A DNA stretch of 64,000 nt from a virus, in the IMG/VR virus record IMGVR_UViG_3300025012_000003. One strand, 5' to 3'. Shown here one piece after another: positions 16,274 to 25,652 of the stretch. Made by a program: the position numbers and the translations under genes. Each line of letters starts with the position of its first letter. Position 1 is the first letter of the stretch. The notes below the pieces were generated by a model. The model saw nothing but the letters and a program-made list of their open reading frames with translations. It was not told the DNA's origin and did no database searches.

Positions 16274-16566
16274 GATACAAGTTCCTTCATCGATATCAAT
16301 AATAACATTTCTTCTTTTGTAAAATCTTCTGTCTCATCAGTTTCATAATAAACAATAGTAAAATTAATAAACCTGTCTCCTAAGCGTTCCGCTGATGTTA
16401 GAGCCTCTTTCATAAAGTTTTCATTTATTACAAACTGTTCTCCGAAATGGAAAGGTTGGTAAGTTAGTACTTTGTAGCTAAAACCCATATAGGAAGTATC
16501 TCTATTCTCTGGGAAATAGTGAGAACTATAGTAATTAACTTTTATAATTTTAGGTTGTCCAATCAT
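16270..16566 (-). CDS. MxEL-tail family protein
   Basis: Tail FTKEEMLLLISMKELVS*. Confidence 0.8.
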   Translation of the reverse strand: MIGQPKIIKVNYYSSHYFPENRDTSYMGFSYKVLTYQPFHFGEQFVINENFMKEALTSAERLGDRFINFTIVYYETDETEDFTKEEMLLLISMKELVS

Positions 16567-16766
16567 GATACTAATTCCTTCATACAGAAATAAGCAGATA
16601 CCTGTTCTTTAGTAACTTCCATACCTCTTTCTCTTTCATCTAAGGGAAACATGTTCTGAGTAGCAACCCATCTCTTTGTATGATGAGAATACCAGTAAGT
16701 ATTCTTGGTTCCTACTTTATATATCAAAGGTTTATATCCATCTAAATTAGGAGAGTAGTACTTCAT
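16563..16766 (-). CDS. MxEL-tail family protein
   Basis: Tail EVTKEQVSAYFCMKELVS*. Confidence 0.8.
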   Translation of the reverse strand: MKYYSPNLDGYKPLIYKVGTKNTYWYSHHTKRWVATQNMFPLDERERGMEVTKEQVSAYFCMKELVS

Positions 16767-16996
16767 ACCAACAGTTCCTTAAGCATACAGGGAGCTAAAG
16801 CTTTACCTTCCGATATCTCATTAACAATATAACCTTGTTCTTCCCAATATAATAGAAACTCTTCAGCAGGGTACCAAGATTTCATCCACAAGGGGTTATC
16901 ACAATTATCGTAGAAATGGATAGAACCGTCTTCCGAAATCCTATAGACTTTCAAAAGTTCTTTACTTCTCTTACTAATTACTTCGTAATACTTCAC
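16763..16996 (-). CDS. MxEL-tail family protein
   Basis: Tail EISEGKALAPCMLKELLV*. Confidence 0.8.
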   Translation of the reverse strand: MKYYEVISKRSKELLKVYRISEDGSIHFYDNCDNPLWMKSWYPAEEFLLYWEEQGYIVNEISEGKALAPCMLKELLV

Positions 16997-17196
16997 GATA
17001 CTACCTCATAGTTTCTTACAGGTTGCATATCCTTAGCTCTGAATAAAGCCTTATGTCCGTTCTTATATTCAATCAATTTGTATAATCCGCCTTTAGTACC
17101 TTCACAGTAGTAATAGTATTTAGATTCTCCTTGTCTGAAAACATTAGGATATTCTTGTTGAACATCTACTACATGTGTTACTTTTACTTTAAGCAT
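16993..17196 (-). CDS. Hypothetical protein, first gene after an early-type promoter
   Basis: 67 aa, AAGGAGA SD. Confidence 0.65.
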   Translation of the reverse strand: MLKVKVTHVVDVQQEYPNVFRQGESKYYYYCEGTKGGLYKLIEYKNGHKALFRAKDMQPVRNYEVVS

Positions 17197-17224
17197 TAAT
17201 ATCTCCTTGATTAACTATATAATT

Positions 17225-17276
17225 AGATTATCATAGCCAAAACAAGAAGTCAATGGTATGTAAAGAAATTGTTACA
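17225..17276 (-). promoter_or_regulatory. Promoter plus upstream TGTAA-N8-TTACA box
   Basis: TTGACT-N17-TAATCT; box at 17259-17276. Confidence 0.7.
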
Positions 17277-17589
17277 CTGTAGGTACTTCTATTATAATAG
17301 AGAACACACCCTCATCTACCGAGACGTTTTCTCTGGAGGTCAATTCTTTTATGAGTGCTTCTTTAGAAAATAGTTTAAGTATCTCTATTTTATCTTCTTT
17401 AATCATTCTTATCAACTATTCCCAGTATCTTAACCTTCTTATTTCTATCGGCTATGAGTGCAATACTTCTAACATAGTCAAATTGCTCAGGAGGTATTTT
17501 ATATTTCATTGTTTCTTCCTTAATGTTTTTCGATACGAGTTATAATTTATTAACAGTTCTCGACTTAGTTTAATCTTTTTCGACTTTAT

Positions 17590-17820
17590 TTATCTTAACA
17601 AGAAGCTATGTTTAAGAAGTCTTTTTAATTCCAAACAGTGGTACTTAAGGTAGACAAGTTCTGTTTCTCTGTCAATATCTTTATAGGTTTTGATAAAGTA
17701 ACTTCTTGTTTTTATTGCATATAAGAAAGATGCTACTAATGCACAGTGGTTTTGTTTATTCTTACTTATCTCTCTTAATTCTACACTACTTCCAGACTTA
17801 GTTCCATTTTGAGTACCCAT
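17590..17820 (-). CDS. Hypothetical protein
   Basis: 76 aa ORF. Confidence 0.5.
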   Translation of the reverse strand: MGTQNGTKSGSSVELREISKNKQNHCALVASFLYAIKTRSYFIKTYKDIDRETELVYLKYHCLELKRLLKHSFLLR

Positions 17821-18047
17821 TATTTCTTTCCTTGTGTTAAATTAAAACAGTAATCCAATATTCTTTCATTAGTGTCGTTGATTCTGTATCCCATTACAAC
17901 ACCACTATCACTTATAAAGAAATCCGTAGGATATTTTATTTCTTCATTTAAGAATATCGTTACTTCTTTCTTAACAACTATATTTCCGTGTCTGGGTTTA
18001 GCAACATATTCAAACATTTTTAGTTTCTTCCTTTTCTTTATTCTCAT
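17820..18047 (-). CDS. Hypothetical protein
   Basis: 75 aa ORF. Confidence 0.5.
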   Translation of the reverse strand: MRIKKRKKLKMFEYVAKPRHGNIVVKKEVTIFLNEEIKYPTDFFISDSGVVMGYRINDTNERILDYCFNLTQGKK

Positions 18048-18204
18048 GATGTCTTACATAAGCATCATAGAACATTCTTAAGAAATAAAATCCACACATA
18101 ATACAAAGGATGCCCCAGAAATATTCACCTGATTTTAAATCGTTGAACCCAATATATAAATCCATGAAAGATAAAAATAAAAGAAAAACTTGTACTCCAG
18201 TCAT
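18010..18204 (-). CDS. Small two-TM membrane protein
   Basis: Hydrophobic 64 aa. Confidence 0.6.
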   Translation of the reverse strand: MTGVQVFLLFLSFMDLYIGFNDLKSGEYFWGILCIMCGFYFLRMFYDAYVRHHENKEKEETKNV

Positions 18205-18432
18205 TTAATTATTCACATACCTTTCCCTATCGGATTGTATCTGTCTTCTTACAATCTTAAGGTCTTCTTCATCACCTGTTATTCTAATACGATAATCTTC
18301 AAAGAATAAACCAGAGTCTTTCTCATATTCTACCCTTACATTATCATATTTAAAATCTAAAGCTCTTAAGTAACTTCCAAAGTTAGCAAGCTTAGTACAT
18401 TCAACAGTAAATTTTAATACAGCCTCTGCCAT
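18205..18432 (-). CDS. Hypothetical protein
   Basis: 75 aa, AAGGAGA SD, own promoter. Confidence 0.7.
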   Translation of the reverse strand: MAEAVLKFTVECTKLANFGSYLRALDFKYDNVRVEYEKDSGLFFEDYRIRITGDEEDLKIVRRQIQSDRERYVNN

Positions 18433-18452
18433 TAATTTCTCCTTGTATATTC

Positions 18453-18504
18453 ATCATATACTATATTGAATTATACTACAAGTGTTTGTAACTAAACTGT
18501 TACT
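18453..18504 (-). promoter_or_regulatory. Promoter plus GTAAC-N6-GTTACA box
   Basis: TTGTAG-N17-TATGAT; box at 18487-18504. Confidence 0.7.
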
Positions 18505-18821
18505 AATTCTTTTCTTCTGAGTCGAGAAACAATTCCTAAAAGTCCTTGATGTAGTAAAACATGTTCGTCATGAGACATTATTTGTAAGTTAGAAATATGA
18601 TTATTAGACTTATTTAAATCTCTATGATGTACCTCATATCCATCGGGAATTTCAATATCCATTGCTAAGAAGAGTAATCTGTGTTCTAGGATTAAGAAAC
18701 TTCCTTCGTCTCCTTTGTACCTAACTAACACATACCCGTTATGAGTAATTTTTCTTTCTCCTTCTCTAAATACTTTCTTAACTAGCTCTTTGTCTCTAGT
18801 AAGTCTTTTAATACTTGCCAT
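18492..18821 (-). CDS. HNH endonuclease (HNH_3-type)
   Basis: GYVLV...EHRL...VHHRDLNKSNNHISNL...H. Confidence 0.85.
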   Translation of the reverse strand: MASIKRLTRDKELVKKVFREGERKITHNGYVLVRYKGDEGSFLILEHRLLFLAMDIEIPDGYEVHHRDLNKSNNHISNLQIMSHDEHVLLHQGLLGIVSRLRRKELVTV

Positions 18822-18852
18822 TAAAATCTCCTTGTCTTAATCTTATATATTT

Positions 18853-18889
18853 AGCATAACAAAAAGAAGACTATATTTCAAGTCTTCTT
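18853..18889 (-). promoter_or_regulatory. Promoter embedded in a terminator hairpin
   Basis: TTGAAA-N17-TATGCT; hairpin AAGAAGAC/GTCTTCTT + T run. Confidence 0.7.
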
Positions 18890-18917
18890 ATATAAGTTTG
18901 TTACAATTATTTACAGA

Positions 18918-20234
18918 CTAAACTATGCTTGTAATTTGTCCGTCTACTACTGTTATTGTTTTACCGTCTACTGTTGTGAAGCTACCATTAATGGCATTCT
19001 TTGTTACACAACTATTAAGAGCATCCTTAACCGAGGCTCCAGAAACTGAAGAGTCGTTTGCTAATGCTGAAGCATGACTCATCAAGTCTACATTACCAGA
19101 GTTAAGAACTATCACGTTAGCTGGATTCTCTGGAGCAGATACTACATCGTAGTTAAGATAAGCTGTAGCTCCGTCAGAAGTTAAGCTTCCCCAAGTATGA
19201 CAAGTATGTATCTCTAACCAACAGTTGTTTATAACTGAGACATTGTTTAAACCAGAGTTAGCAATATTTCTTGTACCAGAATCTCCGTAAACTGGGTCAG
19301 GAACTTCTAATCCTACATCGTCTATTACAACATTTCCGTATACCATAGAGTCTCTTACTATCATGTGTGAAGAGTGTTGGGTAAGATTTCCACTGATTAA
19401 ACAATCGTTAGTAATTTGTAAATAGTCAACGGTTCCTCTGAAATTAGATACTATACTATCAGCCCACATGTCTGCTAACCAAACTGAAACTCCGTTCACT
19501 ACTCCAGTAGGTTTATCAAAAGTAATTGTTCCTCTGATAGTAATATCTCTTATTTCTAATCTACCACCAGTACTAAATGTACATAGATGAGTTCCCGTTA
19601 CTTTAGTAGTTTCTTTTGATTCACCTTTTAAACACACATAAGGTTTAAATGCTAAGTTTTCTGTGTAAGCTCCTGCTTTTATTTCTAACATATATTTCTT
19701 AGAATTACTTGCATCGGAGATAGAATCGATAGCAGATTGAATTGTCTTAAAGGGCTTCATCTGAGAACCATCTTCCGTATAAGAATCGGTTCTTGTGTTG
19801 TCTACGAATTTAACTTCTGTAACTGGAATTGCTATTAAAGCATCGAGTACAGCACGATTAGTATGAGCTATAGCCGTATGGTCATAAGTTGTTTCATGTG
19901 TAGTCATGACCCCATTAACAAAGGTAGCATCTACAGAAGAGCCTTGGAGACTTACTACTTCGGTTTGAATAGCCTGAACTGCCTCGTTCATTTCTGCTAT
20001 AGTATCTTTAAAGGCTTGAGGGGTTAATTGCTCTGCATCACGAGGAACTGGAATTGATAAATCTACTGTGGCTCCTAATAAAACTAAAGTATCAAAAGGT
20101 GCAATAGCAGATACTATCTGTACTTCTGTATAACCTATTGGAGCATTTACTGTTGTTAAGGGTGCTACTGTAAAGTTAGCAAGCTCGGATATAATAACTT
20201 GGGAGCTTCCTGTATTTTGAATTTGAAGTGCCAT
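18918..20234 (-). CDS. Putative virion fibre/appendage protein with beta-helix-like domain
   Basis: DGSQMKPFKTIQSAID motif, G/N/T/S/V-rich, C-term GSFTTVDGKTITVVDGQITSI. Confidence 0.65.
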   Translation of the reverse strand: MALQIQNTGSSQVIISELANFTVAPLTTVNAPIGYTEVQIVSAIAPFDTLVLLGATVDLSIPVPRDAEQLTPQAFKDTIAEMNEAVQAIQTEVVSLQGSSVDATFVNGVMTTHETTYDHTAIAHTNRAVLDALIAIPVTEVKFVDNTRTDSYTEDGSQMKPFKTIQSAIDSISDASNSKKYMLEIKAGAYTENLAFKPYVCLKGESKETTKVTGTHLCTFSTGGRLEIRDITIRGTITFDKPTGVVNGVSVWLADMWADSIVSNFRGTVDYLQITNDCLISGNLTQHSSHMIVRDSMVYGNVVIDDVGLEVPDPVYGDSGTRNIANSGLNNVSVINNCWLEIHTCHTWGSLTSDGATAYLNYDVVSAPENPANVIVLNSGNVDLMSHASALANDSSVSGASVKDALNSCVTKNAINGSFTTVDGKTITVVDGQITSIV

Positions 20235-20295
20235 TTTTTAATTCCTTATATTTTACTACTCATTTAAAATATAAAAGAATTGTATAGTAGACAAT

Positions 20296-20628
20296 TTAAT
20301 CCGTTAATTCCCTAAGCACCTTATACTTATTAAGATGTCTATTTAACCCCTTCATGGTTCTAAACTCATAGATATTCCAGACGGAGCCATCTAAGCTATC
20401 TGCTATATCTTCTATCCAATCCCATAGACTATCATGACTTGTATAATCAGAACCTTTTATAATTAAATCATCCCCTAAGTTATATCTAGTATAGTTACCC
20501 CAACCGTCTGGGTCTGGCTCTCCTACTTCATAAACAAAGAACCTATTATCGTCTTCTGGATTAACAGGAACAGCTAAGTAGAATCTGTCAGGTCTTATAT
20601 TACATACGAGTTTCTTTATTTGTTTCAT
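20296..20628 (-). CDS. MxEL-tail family protein
   Basis: Tail LNRHLNKYKVLRELTD*. Confidence 0.75.
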   Translation of the reverse strand: MKQIKKLVCNIRPDRFYLAVPVNPEDDNRFFVYEVGEPDPDGWGNYTRYNLGDDLIIKGSDYTSHDSLWDWIEDIADSLDGSVWNIYEFRTMKGLNRHLNKYKVLRELTD

Positions 20629-20921
20629 TCTGTCAACTCATTTATAAATCTATCTACTATGTCTCTTTTTCTTTGTTTACATACGGCTATCATATATCTA
20701 TATATAAACCAAGGAAATATTACAAATACTATTAAAAGAATGTATCTTTCATTCTCATAAATATCAAAGACATCTCTAAATATTAGATAGTCCCAAAGCT
20801 CATTACAAAAAGAAGGAGGAGAGTATATTCTTATAAAAATTATAAATGCTATGAAATTAAAAGTACAATATAATACAAAGATAAGTAGCATTATAAGTAA
20901 TATAGCAAATACTTCTTTCAT
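20625..20921 (-). CDS. Membrane protein with MxEL-like tail
   Basis: Two TM segments; tail DRFINELTE*. Confidence 0.7.
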   Translation of the reverse strand: MKEVFAILLIMLLIFVLYCTFNFIAFIIFIRIYSPPSFCNELWDYLIFRDVFDIYENERYILLIVFVIFPWFIYRYMIAVCKQRKRDIVDRFINELTE

Positions 20922-21181
20922 TAGTTAGTAAGCTCTTTCATTAAATCAGCAGTTATAAACTTAATATTAAATTGTTCTAGGTCTTTAGAACAAGTTATCT
21001 TACCTTCCATAATAGCTTTCTGTATCTTACGTGTATATATTTCAAGATGCACTGGACATAAATCTATGTGTTCCCAGTCTGAAGTATACCTATCATAGTC
21101 CAAAGATTCTCCATGATAAAGTTGTATCTTTCTTACATATTCTATTTCATTACATTTATCACATCGTCTTATACTAACCAT
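20921..21181 (-). CDS. Zinc-binding protein with MxEL tail
   Basis: CDKC...LCPVH; tail ADLMKELTN*. Confidence 0.75.
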   Translation of the reverse strand: MVSIRRCDKCNEIEYVRKIQLYHGESLDYDRYTSDWEHIDLCPVHLEIYTRKIQKAIMEGKITCSKDLEQFNIKFITADLMKELTN

Positions 21182-21182
21182 A

Positions 21183-21467
21183 TCAGTCTCCTGTTAATTC
21201 TTGAATAAATACCATGTGCTCTACGTCCTCTTTATTCATCATTATTATTTTTATCTCTGTAGACATTTTTCTCTCTTTATCTTTTCCTGCTTTAAAGGCA
21301 TGATGCTTTTTGGAATATATTCTAGTTGTAAGAGGATAGAGAAGGGGTATATCTTTAAAATTAATCTGTTGCCATTTCCATCCCCACGCTCTGTCGACAA
21401 TCCTAGCCAATCTCATATAATAATCATTACCTTGATAACTTGTGTATTTTAAAACAAATACAGCCAT
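21183..21467 (-). CDS. MxEL-tail family protein
   Basis: Tail KEDVEHMVFIQELTGD*. Confidence 0.75.
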   Translation of the reverse strand: MAVFVLKYTSYQGNDYYMRLARIVDRAWGWKWQQINFKDIPLLYPLTTRIYSKKHHAFKAGKDKERKMSTEIKIIMMNKEDVEHMVFIQELTGD

Positions 21468-21468
21468 A

Positions 21469-21720
21469 TCAATCTCCTGTTAATTCTTTCATAGATAACA
21501 TTGCTCTATATTCTTCCATAGTCATTTTCTCTACCCTATGTGTTACATAGAACCTTATAAAACTATCCCCCAACTTCTCTGCGAAAGATAATGCCTCAGC
21601 CATAAATTCATCATCAGTGCTACCTCCTAGAACAGAATAATGTTCAAATTCTTTCTGAGTAGTAACTCCTCCTATATGATTTAACCAATAGAAGACAGTA
21701 ATTTTGAGAGGTATCTTCAT
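21469..21720 (-). CDS. MxEL-tail family protein
   Basis: Tail MTMEEYRAMLSMKELTGD*; start reset to the ATGA overlap at 21720. Confidence 0.8.
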   Translation of the reverse strand: MKIPLKITVFYWLNHIGGVTTQKEFEHYSVLGGSTDDEFMAEALSFAEKLGDSFIRFYVTHRVEKMTMEEYRAMLSMKELTGD

Positions 21721-22049
21721 GCTACTAATTCCCACATTGTTCTTACGGTATCTATATCTTCTGTTATTCTAGTTACTATCAGATGAGGATAAACTTCGTT
21801 GTTAAATATTGTAGGTTCGTCTAATTCAAAATCATGAGAGACTCTTCCATCTATCCACAATCCTTTTTCTATATCTCTAGCTAAGACTTCGAGTACGTTA
21901 GGAACTCCTCTGCCTAGCATACCTTTTGTTTGTAAATATCCAGAAGAAGTTTTAATTATGAAAAAGTAAACAGGGTCAGTCTCCGTGTAACTATCAAAAG
22001 CACAAGGGTTCTTAACCATCCATACATCTTCTATTTTAATTACTGTCAT
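21717..22049 (-). CDS. MxEL-tail family protein
   Basis: Tail ITEDIDTVRTMWELVA*. Confidence 0.8.
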   Translation of the reverse strand: MTVIKIEDVWMVKNPCAFDSYTETDPVYFFIIKTSSGYLQTKGMLGRGVPNVLEVLARDIEKGLWIDGRVSHDFELDEPTIFNNEVYPHLIVTRITEDIDTVRTMWELVA

Positions 22050-22567
22050 GTAGTTAATTCTCTCATCATTAGAAACTTATCAACATTATCTACTATCTCA
22101 ATTACTTTAAGTAGGTCTCTAGCTTTTATATAGGATTCATCCCCCTCTACAGATAGTACCATTCTACCATTCTTCATAACCTTTTTAACTTCAAGTTCTG
22201 TTTTGTTATCGAAGTTACCGTCAGTGTATATACACAAGGACACTATAAAGATATCTCCATGCCAGACATTATCACACATCCAGATACTGGGATGGAAGCC
22301 AGTGTTAGCCTCGATAAGATTCTCTATCTCATGAATATGTTTATATCTCTTATTAGTATTTGCTTTCCCAAAATCTTTATAGGTATCTAAAAGCTTACTG
22401 TGTAGTTGTCTTAACTTCTTGTCATACCAAGGATGTAAGTTTCCTTTCCTATCTGTTACGTAGGTAGGTAACTCTTCTTCTTTCTCTTCGGTTACACTTT
22501 CTCCTATAAATAGATTCTTAATATATTCTATTAAAGAAAAGTGTTCATTACAACAAGGACATTTCAA
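22046..22567 (-). CDS. MxEL-tail family protein (173 aa, N-term CPCC)
   Basis: Tail VDKFLMMRELTT*. Confidence 0.8.
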   Translation of the reverse strand: MKCPCCNEHFSLIEYIKNLFIGESVTEEKEEELPTYVTDRKGNLHPWYDKKLRQLHSKLLDTYKDFGKANTNKRYKHIHEIENLIEANTGFHPSIWMCDNVWHGDIFIVSLCIYTDGNFDNKTELEVKKVMKNGRMVLSVEGDESYIKARDLLKVIEIVDNVDKFLMMRELTT

Positions 22568-22872
22568 CTTACAAGCTCCCTCATCATTATATACCTATCT
22601 ATCTCTGCTAAGTATTGTTCTTTAGTTCTGTACTCTTTTATTATATCATTATAGAATTTCTCGTGATTAGTTGTATAAGAAGATTGTAATCTATTACCAA
22701 CTACAGTAAGAATCTTTCCTCTCTGTAAATCGTGAGAGTCGTATACAAAAGAATAAGCGAAGGCTCCTTGAATAAATCCCTCAGCTTCCCAATAAATAAA
22801 GGAACACTCGGGGGAATTATAATCAGTGTTAAGACACCGTGATATTTTAAAGTACCTAGTCTTACTCATCAT
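22564..22872 (-). CDS. MxEL-tail family protein
   Basis: Tail TKEQYLAEIDRYIMMRELVS*. Confidence 0.8.
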   Translation of the reverse strand: MMSKTRYFKISRCLNTDYNSPECSFIYWEAEGFIQGAFAYSFVYDSHDLQRGKILTVVGNRLQSSYTTNHEKFYNDIIKEYRTKEQYLAEIDRYIMMRELVS

Positions 22873-23153
22873 AAGATTAATTCTCTCATTATTTTTCTTT
22901 TATCGGTTTCTTCTTTCATTTGTTCCCAAGTTATCTGTTCTATGATAACTCCTTCTACTCTTTCCCACCAATCTATATCCATGTATCTCCAACAAGAGTC
23001 GTCCCATTTTAAATCTGTAGGATGAAAATCTCTAGGATTAATATGGTTCTCTGTGTATATCTCATCCATGTGTAGGAGACAATCTTTTATATCACCATAC
23101 TCCTTTGGAATATTATAAATTTTATAGTATCTGCTTTCTATAAAAGTTGGCAT
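22869..23153 (-). CDS. MxEL-tail family protein
   Basis: Tail QITWEQMKEETDKRKIMRELIL*. Confidence 0.8.
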   Translation of the reverse strand: MPTFIESRYYKIYNIPKEYGDIKDCLLHMDEIYTENHINPRDFHPTDLKWDDSCWRYMDIDWWERVEGVIIEQITWEQMKEETDKRKIMRELIL

Positions 23154-23455
23154 TATCCTACTAACTCTTTCATCATAACATACTTTTCTATTTCTTGCAA
23201 GTACTCTTCTTCAGATTTATATTCTTCTAAATAACTATGAACTGTAGTAGTTGTTCCGTAAGCTCCCCGTTCCACGAACTGTACTGCATCTACTGTCTCA
23301 CATCTTTTAGCTATAGTGTTCGTACATTTACAATGAACTCGTCTTTCGAAATCATATACATAAAGTATATCACCAATTATATAAATCATAGAGATACCAC
23401 CAGAACAATGTTTATCTCTCCAAGACATCAGAGGTAATTTGTAATACTGAATCAT
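23153..23455 (-). CDS. MxEL-tail family protein
   Basis: Tail SEEEYLQEIEKYVMMKELVG*. Confidence 0.8.
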   Translation of the reverse strand: MIQYYKLPLMSWRDKHCSGGISMIYIIGDILYVYDFERRVHCKCTNTIAKRCETVDAVQFVERGAYGTTTTVHSYLEEYKSEEEYLQEIEKYVMMKELVG

Positions 23456-23709
23456 GATACGAGTTCCTGCATCATTAAATAATTATCAACTTCATAATCT
23501 TCTATCTCGTAGAAAGCATCTGGAAAAAACATAACATCCTTATCTGTAACAAGGTCATGAAATATTAACAGATTCTTATGTACTTCTGCTGAGGAAGCTA
23601 CTCCCCATCTTAAAAACTTTAACACTGTATATTTCTGTATACTGGGGTTGGTGTAATACAGGTAATGTTTTCCTGTTATGCACTTATCAGTTCTCTTTAG
23701 TTGTCTCAT
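23452..23709 (-). CDS. MxEL-tail family protein
   Basis: Tail EIEDYEVDNYLMMQELVS*. Confidence 0.8.
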   Translation of the reverse strand: MRQLKRTDKCITGKHYLYYTNPSIQKYTVLKFLRWGVASSAEVHKNLLIFHDLVTDKDVMFFPDAFYEIEDYEVDNYLMMQELVS

Positions 23710-23987
23710 CCAACTAGTTCCTCTATCATTAATCTATTTTGGAATTCACCCCAAGTTATTTCTTCAGGTATCAGTTCTTTCTTATCTAACCAATTAGTAA
23801 ACTCAAGCACGGTGTAGAACCTAGTTCTCTGCCATTCTTTATGTTCTACATCCCATACTTGTATCATAGTATCGTTTGGTTTCTTTGTATAATAAATAGT
23901 ATAAAATCTATAATAGATAGTACGGATACTTCCATAGCTATGCAATGAATTAAAATGAACTCTAAAGTATCTAGCAATATTTACCAA
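23706..23987 (-). CDS. MxEL-tail family protein
   Basis: Tail EITWGEFQNRLMIEELVG*. Confidence 0.8.
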   Translation of the reverse strand: MVNIARYFRVHFNSLHSYGSIRTIYYRFYTIYYTKKPNDTMIQVWDVEHKEWQRTRFYTVLEFTNWLDKKELIPEEITWGEFQNRLMIEELVG

Positions 23988-24217
23988 GCTAACTCCTTCA
24001 TCATCAATACAGCTTCAAATTCTTCTGTGGGAATTTGTTCTATCTTATATTGAAAAGCTTCAGCTACTCTTATCATCTCCGCTTCATCTACAAAAGAAAC
24101 AGTAGACCAACAATCTTTATAGTTACCATCATAAAAGCTAATAAGATTATTGTCTCTTACTCTGTAGATGTCATCCGTATTATTATCTGTATTTGTAACT
24201 CTGAAATACTTAGTCAT
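23981..24217 (-). CDS. MxEL-tail family protein
   Basis: Tail QIPTEEFEAVLMMKELAW*. Confidence 0.8.
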   Translation of the reverse strand: MTKYFRVTNTDNNTDDIYRVRDNNLISFYDGNYKDCWSTVSFVDEAEMIRVAEAFQYKIEQIPTEEFEAVLMMKELAW

Positions 24218-24453
24218 GAAATAAGTTCTTCCATTATTAAAGTTGATTTGAATTCATCAGGGGTGATTTCGGTTAGGATATAATTCTCAGGATATCTACG
24301 AGCACAACCTACCACAGCCTCTGCGTTGGGAATTATAGTAGTATCCCACCAGCCTCTCTTCTTATTATATATCTGTGCTTTATCATTGTCAACACATTTA
24401 TAGTAATCTGTTACATTTGTATACTTCTTATAAACTTTAAAGTATCTTGTCAT
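24214..24453 (-). CDS. MxEL-tail family protein
   Basis: Tail EITPDEFKSTLIMEELIS*. Confidence 0.8.
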   Translation of the reverse strand: MTRYFKVYKKYTNVTDYYKCVDNDKAQIYNKKRGWWDTTIIPNAEAVVGCARRYPENYILTEITPDEFKSTLIMEELIS

Positions 24454-24803
24454 GATACAAGTTCCTTTATCATTCTCTCTGAGAGATATTCCTTCTCGTC
24501 TAAGAGATATATTTTTCTGAACATATACTCATGAAACCTATTAGATATTCTTAGGTCAGCGTTTATTAGATTAGATATATTTGAATGGAAGTTGACATTA
24601 TATAGTAGCTCTAAGAATTGGTCTATCTCTTTCGCACTGGAAGTTCTAAAGTCTATATATACTTTCTTCTGTATGTTGAAAGAACTCGTTATAACCCAGT
24701 ATCTTTTTATACTCCAAAAGAACCATCTTATTATAAAATGATTATGCTTTTTAAATACCGAAAAGATATTAAAGATACTTGATTTATTGTCTACTTCAAT
24801 CAT
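24450..24803 (-). CDS. MxEL-tail family protein
   Basis: Tail LDEKEYLSERMIKELVS*. Confidence 0.8.
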   Translation of the reverse strand: MIEVDNKSSIFNIFSVFKKHNHFIIRWFFWSIKRYWVITSSFNIQKKVYIDFRTSSAKEIDQFLELLYNVNFHSNISNLINADLRISNRFHEYMFRKIYLLDEKEYLSERMIKELVS

Positions 24804-25105
24804 AATACAAGTTCCCTCATAATAGAATATTTATCTATTTCTTGTAAATACTCTTCTTGGGTTTCATACATTTCAACAATAGGAAATTTGAACTCCCTAT
24901 TCAAATTAAGAATATATACATGAAAATTATTATCTTTTATATAAGCCCGAGACTTTCTAGCTTCCCTACGTTGCCCAGGATATCTATGTTCTTTCATTTT
25001 AAAATTGTAACCCGAGTCTCGGTCTCCTTCAAGAGTCATGAAAGAAACTCCACAAGTATTAAATTGTTCATTAGGAAGTCCTTTTATTTTTAAGTATTGT
25101 ATCAC
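24800..25105 (-). CDS. MxEL-tail family protein
   Basis: Tail TQEEYLQEIDKYSIMRELVL*. Confidence 0.8.
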   Translation of the reverse strand: MIQYLKIKGLPNEQFNTCGVSFMTLEGDRDSGYNFKMKEHRYPGQRREARKSRAYIKDNNFHVYILNLNREFKFPIVEMYETQEEYLQEIDKYSIMRELVL

Positions 25106-25338
25106 GATATTAGTTCCTCCATAGCCAACATTGCCCTATACTCTTCTTCTGTATACCATTTTAATTCAAAGACACTCTTAGGATAATCATCTAATATTTT
25201 ATCTAAAGTACTACCAGTTTTAAACCAAGAGTTCCTATCATAATAAAGATTGCATTCCCAATAATCTTTATTAGTATGGCGGAAAACCATACCTATCTCT
25301 TTCTCATGATAGTTTCTTATTGTTAGATAAGTGTTCAC
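25102..25338 (-). CDS. MxEL-tail family protein
   Basis: Tail YTEEEYRAMLAMEELIS*. Confidence 0.8.
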   Translation of the reverse strand: MNTYLTIRNYHEKEIGMVFRHTNKDYWECNLYYDRNSWFKTGSTLDKILDDYPKSVFELKWYTEEEYRAMLAMEELIS

Positions 25339-25652
25339 TTAGTTAGTTCCTCCATGAATAAGAACTTATCCAATTCCTCTTCGGAGTCTAATTCCCAGAG
25401 AGACATATCGTGAGACAGGTAATTCCATTTGACAAACCACTTATGTAAATTCATTCGAAGAGTAGAATCCGTAGCTTCAGAAGTATGCCATGTCTTTCTA
25501 TTCCTAGTACTGGTAAGATGCTTGTAGTAGAAGTTACCTATAGGAATAAACACATGTAAGTTCTCCGTAATAAAAGTTTCTCCCAGACATACTAAATATA
25601 TCTTTCCGTACTCAATATTAAATGTATGATGTATGTTACCTAAGTTTCTCAA
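25335..25652 (-). CDS. MxEL-tail family protein
   Basis: Tail ELDSEEELDKFLFMEELTK*. Confidence 0.8.
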   Translation of the reverse strand: MRNLGNIHHTFNIEYGKIYLVCLGETFITENLHVFIPIGNFYYKHLTSTRNRKTWHTSEATDSTLRMNLHKWFVKWNYLSHDMSLWELDSEEELDKFLFMEELTK

